The position numbers and the translations under genes are program-made. Positions 1 through 14,140 of a DNA stretch of 64,000 bases are shown piece by piece. The DNA is from the human T2T-CHM13v2.0 reference genome, Homo sapiens: the NCBI RefSeq assembly GCF_009914755.1, contig NC_060938.1; one strand, given 5' to 3'. The notes below the pieces were generated by a model. It was given only the letters and a program-made list of their open reading frames with translations, had not been told where the DNA came from and did no database searches. Within the stretch, counting starts at the first letter, position 1, and each line of letters begins with the position of its first letter.

Positions 1-133
1 TGTATAAAACTGTAACCCGACTACCTCGGGCACATGTTCTAAGAACCTCCTGAGGCCCCATCATGGGCTCTGAACCTTGGCAAAATAAACCTCTAAATGT
101 ATTGAGACCTGTCTCAGATACTTTTTGGTTTAC
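1..133 (+). mobile_element. 3' end of a MER4-group (ERV1) LTR
   Basis: Ends aaaataaacctctaaatgtattgagacctgtctcagatactttttggtttaca (LTR poly(A) signal and terminal CA). Homologous to the reverse complement of the element starting at 61722. Confidence 0.75.
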
Positions 134-3100
134 AATATATTTATATTTCTTTTAAGCTGTTTGCTGAAATTTTTTCACAATAAAACACTGGGGGAAAAGA
201 AATCAATACTTTAAATATGTCTTCCTTTCTAAAAGGCCCATCTCTCAACAAAGTGGCAAAACTAAAACTAAAGAAATTTAAGAACTCAGTCACTATAGAG
301 AATTCCAATCTCTCTCCTACTATGAAGCACTTTCTTTCAATTGTTTGTTACTATTTGTTTGTGCTCTAGAGAACAGGGTGAGGATCAAAGCAAACAGTTT
401 TCATTTCATTGTTTGGGTCTATAAATTTGGACTGGGAGGGGCTGAGGAAATGACTGTCTCTTAGAATTTGCTGGGCTGTGGGTTCTCAGTAATTACCTGT
501 GCTTCAGTAAGTAGTATCTTGCCCCTAAAGTTCAATTATTTCAGAAATGTAACATGAAAATAGTGAATTAGACAGTGAAAATATCTTCTTTTAGCTATTT
601 TGTGCTAATGGAACACAGAAACCCTGACAGTTGGTGAAAAACCAGTATGAATGAAATGTAACCATGCCCAGGACTTCAAAAGTGACCAGACCCTAAGAGG
701 CACACAGAGGTGAGGGGAACAAGTCCCTTAGGCTTCCCTGATGCAACAGAACTAGGATTCCAAAGAAAATAAGCAGAGAATCTCATGGTGAAAATAAATA
801 ATAACAAGTGTTATCCTTGGGAGCTTGCTGTGTATGGCCTGACTGTTTCAATTTGAGAGAAAGGCAGAAGTTAATAATAAACAGGAAAAATAAGCAAGGC
901 TTTAGCTGACTAGAAAACAGCTCAGTAGAAAATTATTTTACAAAGATTATATTCAGTTAGCTAAGGCATGATTCAACTTCAATGATGCAAGAGCGGTCAC
1001 TCAGCTATCCAATGGGATGACACACAGCAAATCAGCTCTTCACTGCCTCAACAGACAGTCACTAAAATAATTTCTTTAAAGGTATATAAATGTTGGCCAG
1101 TGTAATCCTCTACAAAACACATTTGCAAATATAAAATAATGGAGGTATGATGCTGCTCAGAGAATGGGAATGCTCTGGCAGTCCCCAACATCCTATCCCA
1201 CTTGGGGCTTTGCTCCGAGGGGAAGAGCAGGTGCAGGATATATTGCCCTTTGATGTGATGTAGATGCTACTAGGGACCCACTGGGAAGAGTCCCGTTCCT
1301 TGAGTTATGCTACTGTAGGGATAGACCCTTGGTGTGAGGAATCTAACAATGAAGGAGTGAGTCAAAGGAAACATCACAAAGAAGGTGACACCTCAGAGGA
1401 GACAAAGGACTCTGAAATCCTGGAATCACGGGATATCTCTGATTGGTTAGGGAATTCCTCTGCACTCAATCTCCAGCAAATGGGCAGATTCCCTCACAAC
1501 TTAGAATTTTTCATGGGGAGTGCTGGACTGTACCCCAAACATGGAGTAAGGTGGCATCATCCATCTCTGAAGGGCCATACTCCTCGCAAAGCCGTCACAG
1601 GACTGACCTACAGAAATAAAACATCATCGCTTCCCAAATTCTCCTAAAAATATCATCTTTAACTCCATAAAAGAGGGGGCTTCAGTGGCTCAGAACAGAT
1701 GGGAAGCCTTCTGAGAAACAGATGGAAACTGTTTCAAAGGCAAAATGAAATGTGCTAAAAAAATAAATACAGTAATAAATAAATCTAATTATTCTTCAGA
1801 ATTCGTAGGCAGTAACAGACATAACACGAGGAGTAAGAGACAGGGAGGTACAAACACAGAGACTGCTGAGGTCCCATCTCACCTCCGTCTCCTCCTCCGC
1901 CTGGGGGCCCAGCAGCTGGTGCTCTGGTGACCACTGGCTGCAGCACTACCTGCACTCTGTGGCACTCCTGAGCCTCAGGGGTGACACAGTAGGAAATGCT
2001 GTCACCAGGGAAATGCAAGCTTTGGTCAGGTAAAGAACAAATACAATCAGCAGCAATAGTGAAGCTTCATTATCACCTAAACTAAGGGACTTTGAACACC
2101 AAAAGCTTTAAGCCCTCAATGCAAGAAAGCTAAATGCAGAAACTTTGGAAACCTGATTGGGTTTCACTGCATTTGATTCCAAAGCAACATTTCTAAACAG
2201 CACTCCTACTCTAAAGACAAAAAAAAGCGGTGGGGACTCTGGAGTGTTTTTTGTTTTTCATCTTCTCTGTCAGATGATACCATTCCTTCTTTGATTATAC
2301 CAAAAAAAAAAAAAAAAGTAACACGACTTTCAAATATGTGGGTTCTGACATCAATTCAGTACCTAATTTCCACTCTCTCCACTTTGACTGCCAGTGCCCA
2401 TAGTAAGGGAAACCAGCTCTTGGAATAGGAAATAATGGGGGCAGTTTTTCTTCCCACAAGATCTTAGGTTACATTGATCATCACTTGAGATTGCATGAAT
2501 GTTCTTGCTGTAATGGCAAAAACATAGACTTAGGAAAGAGAAAGGAGGGGGTGTCTACCATCAGGAATAGTAATAGCCCTCCAAAGGCAGTGTGGTCTCC
2601 CAGCTATGCAGAGACCAAGAATAACCAGCAGGCAGGAATATGGCAGTGGTGACAGGCTGGATAGAGCTTTCTCCAACCAAAAGATGGGGCTCCTTCATGG
2701 GCAATGTGCTTTTCCCTCTTCTGGCACCTCAACAACTGAAGAGAGTGGGTGCCACTAAATGCACTGGCAATAAGGGCTGTGGGAGAGGAGAGGGCAGCAA
2801 TCTGAATGATAAACCTGTGCCAAGATGAATCTATTTTTAAAAAACATCGCCCTGCTTCCTTTTAGGCTTGTGCCCCATAGGTGCCTTCAAGAGGGAATTT
2901 GCTGGAGTCTGAAGCAAGAAGGGTATGAGTCAGGGACTACAGAACAGGGGCACTACACCACCACCTGCAGAAGCCAAGAAGGGGAAAAAGCTACGTGGGC
3001 CAACAGTCAGGCATGCCAGACAGGGTGTGAGGCTCAGCAGCCCCCCATGAACCTTTGGCTCTTGCCTATCCCAAACAAGAGGCACCAGCTGGCAGCCTGC

Positions 3101-3141
3101 TTCAGCCAGCAAATACAGCCTGCCCCTGTCCCAGCAGTCCT
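1..3141 (-). other. TMED8: TMED8 3' UTR (long, probably continues beyond the window)
   Basis: Mostly unique sequence downstream of the stop codon. I saw no clear minus-strand AATAAA (tttatt on +) in this stretch. Confidence 0.7.
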
Positions 3142-3359
3142 TCAGCTGGTGTAGTAGATGTGGAAGTAGAGAGTCTTGTTGCGCAGCAGGGAGTAGGAGT
3201 TGTCGAACTTGAGCAGGTAGATGCCCTCACCAGGGTAGTCATGGCTGCCAGCCTGCACGTCTCGGTGGCTGTCCCGCCGGTACACAGGCATGACCTCCCC
3301 ATAGCGACCCCGCAAGGAGCTCCTGGAGCCTCTCTCCACATCTCCAGCTGGAACGGGTT
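3142..3359 (-). CDS. TMED8: TMED8 last coding exon: C-terminal half of the GOLD domain, stop TGA
   Basis: Acceptor cacgcag|AA. Encodes [35 protein letters not shown]. Exon lengths sum to 118+79+130+127+306+218 = 978 nt = 325 aa + stop. Confidence 0.97.
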
Positions 3360-3449
3360 CTGCGTGAGCAAAATGGCAAAGTGTTCAGAGACTGCGTAAG
3401 TCCTGCCTGAAGGTGAGCGGAAGGACCAGGTGACCCAGTGGCTTTCACA

Positions 3450-3640
3450 GAGCGGGGAGATTATTGCCCTCCTACAGACATTTGGAAATGTCTGGTGATC
3501 TTTTGGTCATCACAGTGACTATTAGGTGATATCTGCATTTAGTACCCAAGGGTCCAGGAGTGCTAAAATCAGGATAGTACCTACACAACAAACAATGTCC
3601 CATCCCAAATGCCAATAATGTCTCCACTGAGAAAATGATT
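3450..3640. mobile_element. Diverged MER20-like hAT element
   Basis: gacatttggaaatgtctgg..atcttttggtcatcaca...ccaaatgccaataatg...actgagaaa. Confidence 0.5.
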
Positions 3641-4548
3641 TAGCCTGAGAGGAGCCTTCCTAGCTTCAGAAGTGTCTGGACATTTCTGAGAGGGAGAAAG
3701 AGATATTTAGAAGAAAAGATCCCGATATTCTATCATTTAGTAGGTGAAAGGACTAGCTAACGAAGATAGGAATTGCAGATAAACGTGCTATAAAGTGACC
3801 CTAGGATTCCTGAAAAGCAGCAAATAAGATACAAGGTTCTCCGCTTTCCCAGATACCTGTAGGTTTCCCTGCCCGCTTGCTGTTCTATGAAGAAGCACGT
3901 TAAAGGACTGACTTTAAGATTATATAAGAAAATCAAGGAATAAGAGGAATAAGACTAATGCTTAGGACCTACTCTTACGTTATCTGAAAAATGCCTCTGG
4001 GCCATCCTTTGTGTAGTGTGTAGACACTACAAATAACAGCCGGAATGGAGCCCGGAGACCCTTTTAAAACTTGTCTGGGCATGAAGTAAAGAAGTAACCA
4101 ATAGCCAGCTATGAGAGTTTGGGATAAGGAGAGAATGGATACCTTTAGCAAACTGTAATCACTCACTTTGGTTCCAGGCCAAGAATAAATATCTACAAAC
4201 TAAGAGAGAGATGTAAAATAATCTCTGGCTTACATGCGACCTGAATGACCATCCCTCTAAACTGCCGCATGACTCACCCTCTCTCTGCTCCTGCCCCATC
4301 CCTGCCCCCAGGAAGGTGTTGGGAAAACAATGAGGTACCGATAAGGGAAAAGAGGCTTTCTTTCAATTAAGGCAGCAGTATCAACCCCACCAGAATGTTC
4401 TCTTTGGCCTGTACCACTCAGCTTAGCTTGTAATGCTGAGTTTCTCAACTGCATTCAAAGGAAGAGGAGGACTGGTACAACCCACAAAATGGTCACCAGA
4501 AATCAGATTAAGCCAGAAAACTGCAAATTAGGTTAAAATTAAATTTAC

Positions 4549-4854
4549 CTTCAATCTCTTCCTCCTCTTCCTCTTCTTCATCCTCATCGTCACTGGAATC
4601 ACTGACCTGCACAGTTATGTCAGTGCTAGTTACAGGGGTCCAGTCAAAATAAACTCCAAAGCCAATGTCATAGTCATCGGTCGCAAACTCCCAGCAGACA
4701 CGCTTCCCCTCTGGATGAGTAGGTACCCGGATGGTCACCACCTCACCACGCTTCACCACCAGACGGCTGTTCTTCTCTTTGCCCAGCTTGCTTTTGAATT
4801 CCTTCACCTTGGCAAAGGTCCAGATGCATGGAGGAGCCATCAGAGGTGGGGAGA
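4549..4854 (-). CDS. TMED8: TMED8 coding exon 5: N-terminal half of the GOLD domain plus acidic loop
   Basis: Acceptor tttcag| and donor AAG|GTAAAT. 306 nt. Encodes RGEVVTIRVPTHPEG...WEFATDDYDIGFGVYFDW, which resembles the ACBD3 GOLD domain. Confidence 0.97.
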
Positions 4855-5067
4855 CTGAAAGGACAAGCAGCTTAGCACTGAGAAACCATGAGGAAACATG
4901 AGTACCCCGGGCATTTTGCTAAGAGAGGCTGGCACAGTCAGACATTCTTTCTACTGGCTTGACTTCTTTTCACAAGTCATTTTCTTTCCTTCCATTTGTC
5001 TGTCTGCCTGCCTTTCTTTGAGTATCTACTGGAAACAAACCACCTCCTTTACTCCCAAAGGTCTCAC

Positions 5068-5194
5068 CTTTCCTGTGGTCCCCCAGAAGATCTGCAGATT
5101 CCAAATCAGCTGAAAGAACATCTATAGCTCCTGTATGTTCAGACTGGATCATAACGATGTCCCCAGACCTCTGTGGAACTTGATACTTAGCCAT
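5068..5194 (-). CDS. TMED8: TMED8 coding exon 4 (MAKYQVPQRS...LLGDHRK)
   Basis: Lies within ORF 4970..5200. Acceptor gtgcag|ATG and donor AAG|GTGAGA. 127 nt. Confidence 0.95.
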
Positions 5195-6304
5195 CTGCAC
5201 AACAGAACTCTGGTTAAAGGAGTATTCGAGTGGCAGATTCTAATTAATCTCTTTTTGCATGAAGGCTGCCCCACCCCTGCTCTATTATCTCCACTATCCC
5301 CACTCAAAGCTTAATGTACTAGTCAATGTTCCTTCTCTTTCTTCCAAATAGAAGTTGCTAATAAATTCTACTAATTTTTTAAAGCCATCAAAATATTCCA
5401 TTGTTTAAAGACTGTTTCCTACCTTTTGCAACTTTCCTGCTCCAAACCCTTTATAAGGTCCTTGTCCGCCAACACCCTCGCAGGTTGTTAACAGTATTTG
5501 CATTGACTGTGATTCTGGGCCATGCCTTGGTCTTACCTCACCTGCACAGTACCTCCCTGTGGCTCCTCTCATTAATAGCTCTTGCTCCTAGGGTTTAGTT
5601 TGACTCCCACTCTGCCACACATCCTCCTGCTACAATTCCCACTCAAGGGTTACTTCTACATTACTGTCAATCAGCTCTCCAAAGCACTGCAGAGACAGAA
5701 TCTGGTTTATAGTCTTTCTCTCTCATCCACAGCCCACCTCCGGCTACAGATTGTCTCAGTCTTGAAGTCACTAACAGTGTTCTATCAATAGTTACAATTT
5801 CACCTTAGACCAGCCCCAGGACTTGCATTTAAACAGTACATTTGCTGCCAGACGTCTGACTTACATGGAAGAATGCAAATGGCATTTGATACTCAAAGCC
5901 CTCACTAACCCATGCGGGAGCTTACAATGTCTCCCTGGTGAGTTTCCCTTCAAATCACTCAGATTAGTGTTCCTGGTTTCATGCTATTATACCTTAATTT
6001 CTGCCCCTTCTCCAAACAGTTGGCAGGCAACTCAACAAGAAAACTATACCTATTGCCCACAGGGGAGAGCACATCAGTGAGTCAGCAATCCAGTTAAGAG
6101 GCTGGAATTGTATTTGTGAGAAATAAATAAATCAAGTTTGTAATCCTCCCAGGCTGTATTCTCATAATATCTGTTTCTGGAGAATAAGCCCTCCAGTTCT
6201 CATCTCCTTTGCTAACTGAAATGAATCAGACTTTGGCTAGCGTGCTTAAATAAATCCTTCCTTTTCTAAAATGCTAAATAAAGGATTAGGTTGCAACATA
6301 TTAG

Positions 6305-6802
<498 letters not shown>

Positions 6803-6906
6803 TGACACTAATACCAACCATTATTCTAACACATATGCTAATAAATGATAGAAACAACCCCATCCCGCCCCCATCCCTCCATGGCAGGGGCACCACTACA
6901 CCATCA

Positions 6907-7056
<150 letters not shown>

Positions 7057-7722
7057 TCAAGGCCAGGCACAGTGGCTCACATCTGTAATCATAGCACTTT
7101 GGGAGGTCAAGGCGGGTGGATCACCTGAGGTCAGGAGTTCGAGACTAGCCTGACCAATATGGTGAAGCCCTGCCTCTACTAAAAATACAAAAATTAGCCG
7201 GGTGTGGTGGCATGTGCCTGTAATCCCAGCTACTCGGGAGGCGAGGTGGGACAATCACTTGAACCCAGGAGGTGGAGGTTGCAGTGAGCCAAGATCGTGC
7301 CACTGCACTCCAGCCTGGGCGACAGAGGGAGACCCTGTCTCAAAAAAAAAAAAAAAAAAAAAGCTTCTGTGGAATCTTTATCATAAATACTAAATAGATC
7401 TACCACAAGAAAAGTAAGAGCAAAATAGTCCAATGACTTCAGGCTCCTCAATGAAGAGGATTTTAGAGAACACATGAACATTCACTCTAACACTTCGTTT
7501 TCTGAATCGGTGCCTACTGGGTGCCAGTACAATGATGGGCCCTGTGGAAGATACAAATAATCATTCTCCAAAAAATAATGAAGACCAAGATGCCCTAAAT
7601 TAGAGGGCAAAGAGAGAATTCCGGGAGCCACCCTCGCAGTGCTTTCTAATTCCAACCCAACCACTATGTGTCCACATTCTGGTGCCTCCTTTCATAAGAA
7701 AGAGCCAGAATCTGCCCCCTAC

Positions 7723-7852
7723 CTCATTGAGGACCTGGGCCTGGTCTGCAGGCAGCAAATCCTGTTTCACCAAGGCCTGAGCCTCCAAAGGACCAGTTGC
7801 TTTCCGCAGATCTTCCGTGGCATCCTTACTCACTGGAGATACCATCTGTGGC
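7723..7852 (-). CDS. TMED8: TMED8 coding exon 3 (PQMVSPVSKD...QAQVLNE)
   Basis: Lies within ORF 7600..7872. 130 nt. Acceptor ctctcttcctctgagag|G and donor GAG|GTAGG. Confidence 0.9.
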
Positions 7853-8133
7853 CTCTCAGAGGAAGAGAGCATGTTAATTCAAGGACTCTTTGAAAAGACT
7901 CAATCATCCTGGAGAAACTTTGAAATAAAACAACATTCGAGATACCCCCTGCCCCACCTGCCCCTGGCATTTATTTAGCTCTACTGTCACCTTAGCCGAC
8001 CACTGCCCAGGGCTGAATTGGTCCACAGTAAAGTGTTGACAGTGTGAAAACAAAGACTAACAAGGCCAGGTCAAAGGCTAGGAGAACCATGGAAAACACA
8101 CAGCTCCATCATCTGAGATGGACTGCTGGTCTG

Positions 8134-8510
8134 GTTTTTTTTTTTTTTTTTTTTTTTTTGTCATTGTTGTTTCTTTTATTTATTTATTTTAGTTGACAAA
8201 GTGTATATATTTATGGTGTACAATGTGCTGTTTTGATATATGTACACATTGTAAAATGATTAAATTGAGCTAATTAACATATCCATCCCCTCACATACTC
8301 CTTTTTGTGGTGAGAACATTTAAAATCTACTGTCTTAGCAATTTTCAAGTATACATTGTTATTAACTATTGTCACCATGTTGTACAAAGATCTCCAGAAC
8401 TTGTTCCTCCTTCTAACACCTTATACCACTTGACCAACATCTCCCCATCCCACCCCCTGGCCCCAACACCTATTAACCACCATCCTGCCCTCGGCTTCTG
8501 TGAGTTCCAA
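8134..8510 (-). mobile_element. L1MA-like 3' end with T-rich tail
   Basis: ttgacaaa.tgtatatatttatggtgtacaatgtg.tgttttgatata...gtgagaacatttaaaatctact...; poly(T) at 8134-8159. Confidence 0.75.
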
Positions 8511-9239
8511 TGTTATTCCTCACTCTGCGGCCCACAGGGCCCACAGAATTTTAACCGAGGAATTGGTAGAATCTCAGTTCAGTTCTACACACAAAGCCAC
8601 TGGCTAGAAGCAAAAGGAGGAGGTCTGCCTAAGGGAGACTGGGCACCAAAACAAAGTACAAAATGATGATCAAGGCAACCCTCTCTGCAGTTATCCCTGA
8701 GGCAGTCTTTCAGCAGATCCGTTTCATACCCTGTCCCCGTTCAGTGCTAGGGGTCATCACTTTCTCTCCTTTTTAAAGCACATTAATCAACAATCCCAAT
8801 GGCTTCAAACACAGCTATGTGAATAGTTGTTTGTTTTTTGGCAGAGTGCACCAGTGATGCATCTCACCACAACCTCAAGCAATTCTCCTGCCTCAGCCTC
8901 CCGAGTAGCTGGGATCACAGGCATGTGCCACGACACCCGGCTAATTTTGTATTTTTAGTAGAGACAGTGTTTCTCCATGTTGTTGGTCAGGCTGGTCTTG
9001 AACTCCCGACCTCAGGTGATCTGCCTGCCTCGGCCTCCCAAAGTACTAGGATTACAGGCGTGAGCCACCGTGCTCAGCCATGAATAGTTGATTATAAAGA
9101 TGCAAGGGAATGATTTATGCTCTCTTCCATTTCCCCTGGCCTCACAAAAACTAGAAAATTAGTGCCACGGTTGTAGCAAAATAACCCAGGCCTTTTGGGA
9201 ATCTGTTGCTGATAAAAGGTGACATGGATTTTTTTGAAT

Positions 9240-10005
9240 GGCAGTTATCCAAGTATGGTCTAGGGGCCCTTCGGGGGAGTCTATGAAGTTCAAACTGTTT
9301 CATAATAACACTAAAATGTTATTTCCCTTTTTTCATTCTCATTTTCTCAAGAGTGTGCAGTGGAATTTTCCAGAGACTATATGACATGTGATACCGCAAT
9401 AGAATGAACTCAGAAGCAGAGCTGAGAATCCAACTGCCTTTTATTAAGCCAAACATTAAAGAGATTTATGTCTCTCTTTGTACTACATTCTTTGCTTTGA
9501 AAATTAGTTGTTTTTAAGTAAAAACATGTTTTATATATAGCATGTCATGAGTTATTATTTTTAAATGAACAAATAACCATATTCTAATTTTTCAGTTTTA
9601 ATTTCTTTTTTTTTTTTGAGACGGAGTCTCACTCTGTCGCCCAGGCTGGAGTGCAGTGGCGCGATCTCAGCTCACTCAAGCTCCGCCTCCCGGGTTCACT
9701 CCGTTCTCCTGCCTCACCCTCCCGAGTAGCTGGGACTACAGGCGCCGGCCACCACACCCAGCTAATTTTTTTGTATTTTTAGTAGAGACGTGGTTTCACC
9801 ATGTTAGCCAGGATGGTCTCGATCTCCTGACCTCGTGATCCACCCACCTTGGCCTCCCAAAGTGCTGGGATTACAGGCATGAGCCACCGCGCCCGGCTGT
9901 TTTAATTTCTAATATAGTAAATATTGATAGATATAACCCACACAAACAAAAATTCTTTGGGTCCTTAATAATTTTTAAGAGTATAAAGGTCTGAGAATCC
10001 CTGCT
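9240..10005. mobile_element. hAT-Charlie element (Charlie4a/MER80-like) split by an AluY (about 9605-9898, - strand)
   Basis: gtcaaa/ttcaaactgtttcataataacactaa...gtggaattttccagagactatatgacatgtgat...gaatccctgc. The sequence resumes after the Alu with the duplicated flank ttttaatttct. Confidence 0.6.
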
Positions 10006-10659
10006 TGAGGGCATCATTTCCTCAAAGAGGTTGAGTAAATGACTGGAAAATGGTAGTATACACCTCATGGGGGAAACGGAGGCTTCATTTTAGAGTTTAT
10101 TAGTTTGTTTCTTTTCTTTTTTAACATAAACAAGAAGAATCACTCCTTCAGATAAAACAGAGCCATCTTTTGGAATATCCAAAATTACTCCAACCTACCT
10201 CAGGACAGACAAGAGGAGGTCACTCCAAGAATCAGAGCTGTGGGATTCTGTTGATCTTTATAGGTTCACTTGGGTAATTCAGTGTAAGCTGTAAACTGGC
10301 CTAGGCTGTGGGTCTATTTTAATGCTCTTCAACCCAGAAATTATAGTCCATTTCTGTTTCTTGACACTGTGTATCATCTGCCTCCTCTACTAGAAAGTAA
10401 GCTTGGTGGCAGGCACTGGGTCTCACTGCCTCTGTATGCACAGCACTGGGAACCAAGCCTGCCACCTGGAACTCTAAGGCCCTTTTTTTTTTTTTTTTTT
10501 TTTGGAGACAGAGTCTTGCTCTGTCGCCCAAGCTGGGGTGTAGTGGCATGATCTCGGATCTCGGCTCACTGCAACTCTGCCTCCCTGGTTCAAGCAATTC
10601 TCTTGCCTCAGCCTCCTGAGTAGCTGGGACTACAGGTGTGCACCACCATGCCTGGCTAA

Positions 10660-10794
<135 letters not shown>

Positions 10795-10799
10795 TAAGG

Positions 10800-11850
10800 C
10801 CCTTTGCACTCTGACCTCACCTCTCAGAATCCTCACTCTGCCCTGGTCCCTCCAGCCACAACAGCCTCTTCAATCCTTGATAGTCCTCAAACACCCCAAG
10901 TACTCTCCCACTTGAGAGCTTTTGCATTTGCTGTAATCTCTGCCTAGAATACTCTTCTAGGACATTAACTCTTCTTTAGTTAACTGAAGACTTCCTTCCT
11001 GCAGGTTTTCTGCTGAGAGGTTTCTCAGAGGTCTGTATATAAAATGTGTGCCCCTTCCTGGCCTTGTCACTGTTTCTGCCCTTACCCAGCTTCATTTTTC
11101 TTCACTGCACCTATTACTGCCTGACATGATATGGAGCATATTTTGTTGATTGCAAGATGCACACTGGCTTTTAGATTTTAACACAACTGAAAGATAGGAT
11201 GTCTTAAAAATTGATGATATCTTAAAAGTGCCGTGGGCCTGGATTGACATCAACTCTTTCCACGAGAGATTTGCATTTGCTTCTGCCAGTACTTAGGAAT
11301 GCTACCAATCTGAGACTTCTTGAAATTAAGTTCTCTGTTTAGGGTTTTGTTTAATCCTCCTGGCAGAGTGAATTTAGACAAGACACTGGCTAATACCAAC
11401 TGGTGGTTCCTATTCTCAGGGGAGATATTTTTTCCTCCTATGACACAGTGTCAAGTTTGAGACAATCAAGCTTCCTTGCTGTCCTTTTCTGTGTGGGGGA
11501 TTTTTGTCTTTATATTTTCACTGAAGGTGCAGGTTTTTGGTATCCCAGTTGCATATGGGGGGTCTATTAGATGATCCATCTTAAGCATTTCTTCCTCTCT
11601 TGGTGGGACGTGAAAGCACAACTTACAGTTGACGGCAACTTAAGAGTCTGTGAAGTATGATGTGTAATTGTTTTCTGTCCACTTCCCCCACTAGAACATA
11701 AGCTCCCTGAGAGCAGTGATGGACTATTTTGTTCATTTGTGGTTTCTTTAGTACCTAGAACAGTATCAGGTACATGGTAGGCTCCCAACAAACATCTGTT
11801 GAATAAATATTAGCCCCAAAATATTTGTTGAATAAAAAATGAATAAGTTA
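10800..11850 (-). mobile_element. L2 fragments, with other old repeats between them
   Basis: ctccagccaca...tttgcatttgctgt..tctgcctagaatactctt; ccactagaa..taagctccctgagagcag...tagaacagtatcaggtacatggtaggctc..aca...tgttgaataaat (L2 3' end). Confidence 0.6.
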
Positions 11851-12580
11851 ATTTTTGCCTGGGAATAAAAGAGAAATTCTGGATCAGACTATCATTTATA
11901 ATATTGGAAAGGTGAGACTACAACAGGCTATCTGAATCATTAGCTTGACTTACTGTGTGTGACATCTAAAATTGTCTCTTTGTCTTTGTGCATGCTACTC
12001 TGAAAAAACATGGTTCTGCTTATTTAAAAAACATATTTTAAGGCTCGGTGTGGTGGCTCATGCCTGTGGTCCTAGCTACTCACAAGGCTGAGATGGGAGG
12101 GTTGCATGGTCCAGGAGCTTGAGGCTGCAGTGAGTTATGACTGCCTACCGTGCTCCAGCCTGGGCAACAAAGCAAGACTCTGTCTCAAGAAATAATTAAA
12201 TAATAAAATTATGTTAAACAGGATATGTGCCACCCACATAAATTTAATATTCACAATTAGCATTTTATGCTCTGGAGAATTAGAAAAGGGCATTTGGGGA
12301 AAGATTAATTTCAAATTATTTGATGCTGGTGATAAGCCACATAAAGGAAAAGCCTCCGCTTTAAGCTTCTGGTTTGTACTGACCTGGAGCAGGGAGGCCA
12401 TCTCAAAGGAAGGGGAGAGCCTGGCCGGCAAGCCAGCCTCACTAGAAAAGATAGAAAGTTGTGCCGTTTCCATTTCCAATAGACACATAAGCATAAGAAG
12501 TAAGCCTCAGGCATCACATTCACTGGATTTTTATCTTCACTCAGCAAATGTTAGAAACAAAAGTTAAAAATTAAATCCCT

Positions 12581-12935
12581 GGCCCGGCGCGGTGGCTCAC
12601 GCCTGTAATCCCAGCACTTTGGGAGGCCGAGGTGGGCGGATCACAAGGTCAGGAGTTCGAGACCAGCCTGTCCAATATGATGAAACCCCGTCTCTACTAA
12701 AAAATACAAAAATTAGCCAGGCGTGGTGGTGCGCGCCTGTAGTCCCAGCTACTACAGGCGTGTAGTCTGCCACCACGCCCCGCTAATTTTTTTTTTTTTT
12801 TTTTTTTTTGTATTTTTAGTAGAGACGGGGTTTCACTGTGCTAGCCAGGATGGTCTCGATCTCCTGACCTCGTGATCCACCCGCCTTGGCCTCCCAAAGT
12901 GCTGGGATTACAGGCGTGAGCCACTGCGCCCGGCC
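12581..12935. repeat. Two 3'-truncated Alus fused tail-to-tail (about 350-nt inverted repeat)
   Basis: Sense Alu 12581-~12753 is joined almost directly to antisense Alu ~12767-12935. Both lack most of the right arm and the poly(A) tail. Confidence 0.9.
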
Positions 12936-13047
12936 CACATTCTTTACTTTAACTTGCCTCCCCGCTTAAAGTCACTACCTATTTCTTTCACCAGTTCCTC
13001 ATCTCAGAAGATAAAACCTGTGAAAGCATTCTATCCAAAGTGGTTAC

Positions 13048-13126
13048 CTGTGGGGTGAGGAGCAGGGTTCTGGATCGGTGGCAGAAGCCAATAAAGAGGT
13101 ATCCTTGTTTTCTAGATCTTCATTCT
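13048..13126 (-). CDS. TMED8: TMED8 coding exon 2 ((E)NEDLENKDTSLLASATDPEPCSSPH(R))
   Basis: Not in the ORF track. Acceptor ttttctag| and donor CAG|GTAACC. 79 nt, phase 1 to 2, joins exons 1 and 3 in frame. Confidence 0.93.
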
Positions 13127-13379
13127 CTAGAAAACCATAGAAAGAAAGAATTCAATATCTGAGAGGGAATACAATCATAATTATCTTGTACCTTTAAAAA
13201 AATCTAGCAATTTCAACCAAATTCTTCCCAAAAATATTCTGGTATGAACTTTATACTCTCAGAGGCCCAACACATAAATTATTCAAGTCATCACATCCAA
13301 GTATTCTCAGACAGTCATATCTCATTCATAAAAAATAAATCATTTCTAAAACAAGGCTCCAAAAATTAATCCTAATTTA

Positions 13380-14140
<761 letters not shown>

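Noticed and set aside
1264-1647. 127-aa + strand ORF
   Set aside because: It is antisense within the TMED8 3' UTR, has no recognisable domain, and shows no supporting promoter or splice structure.
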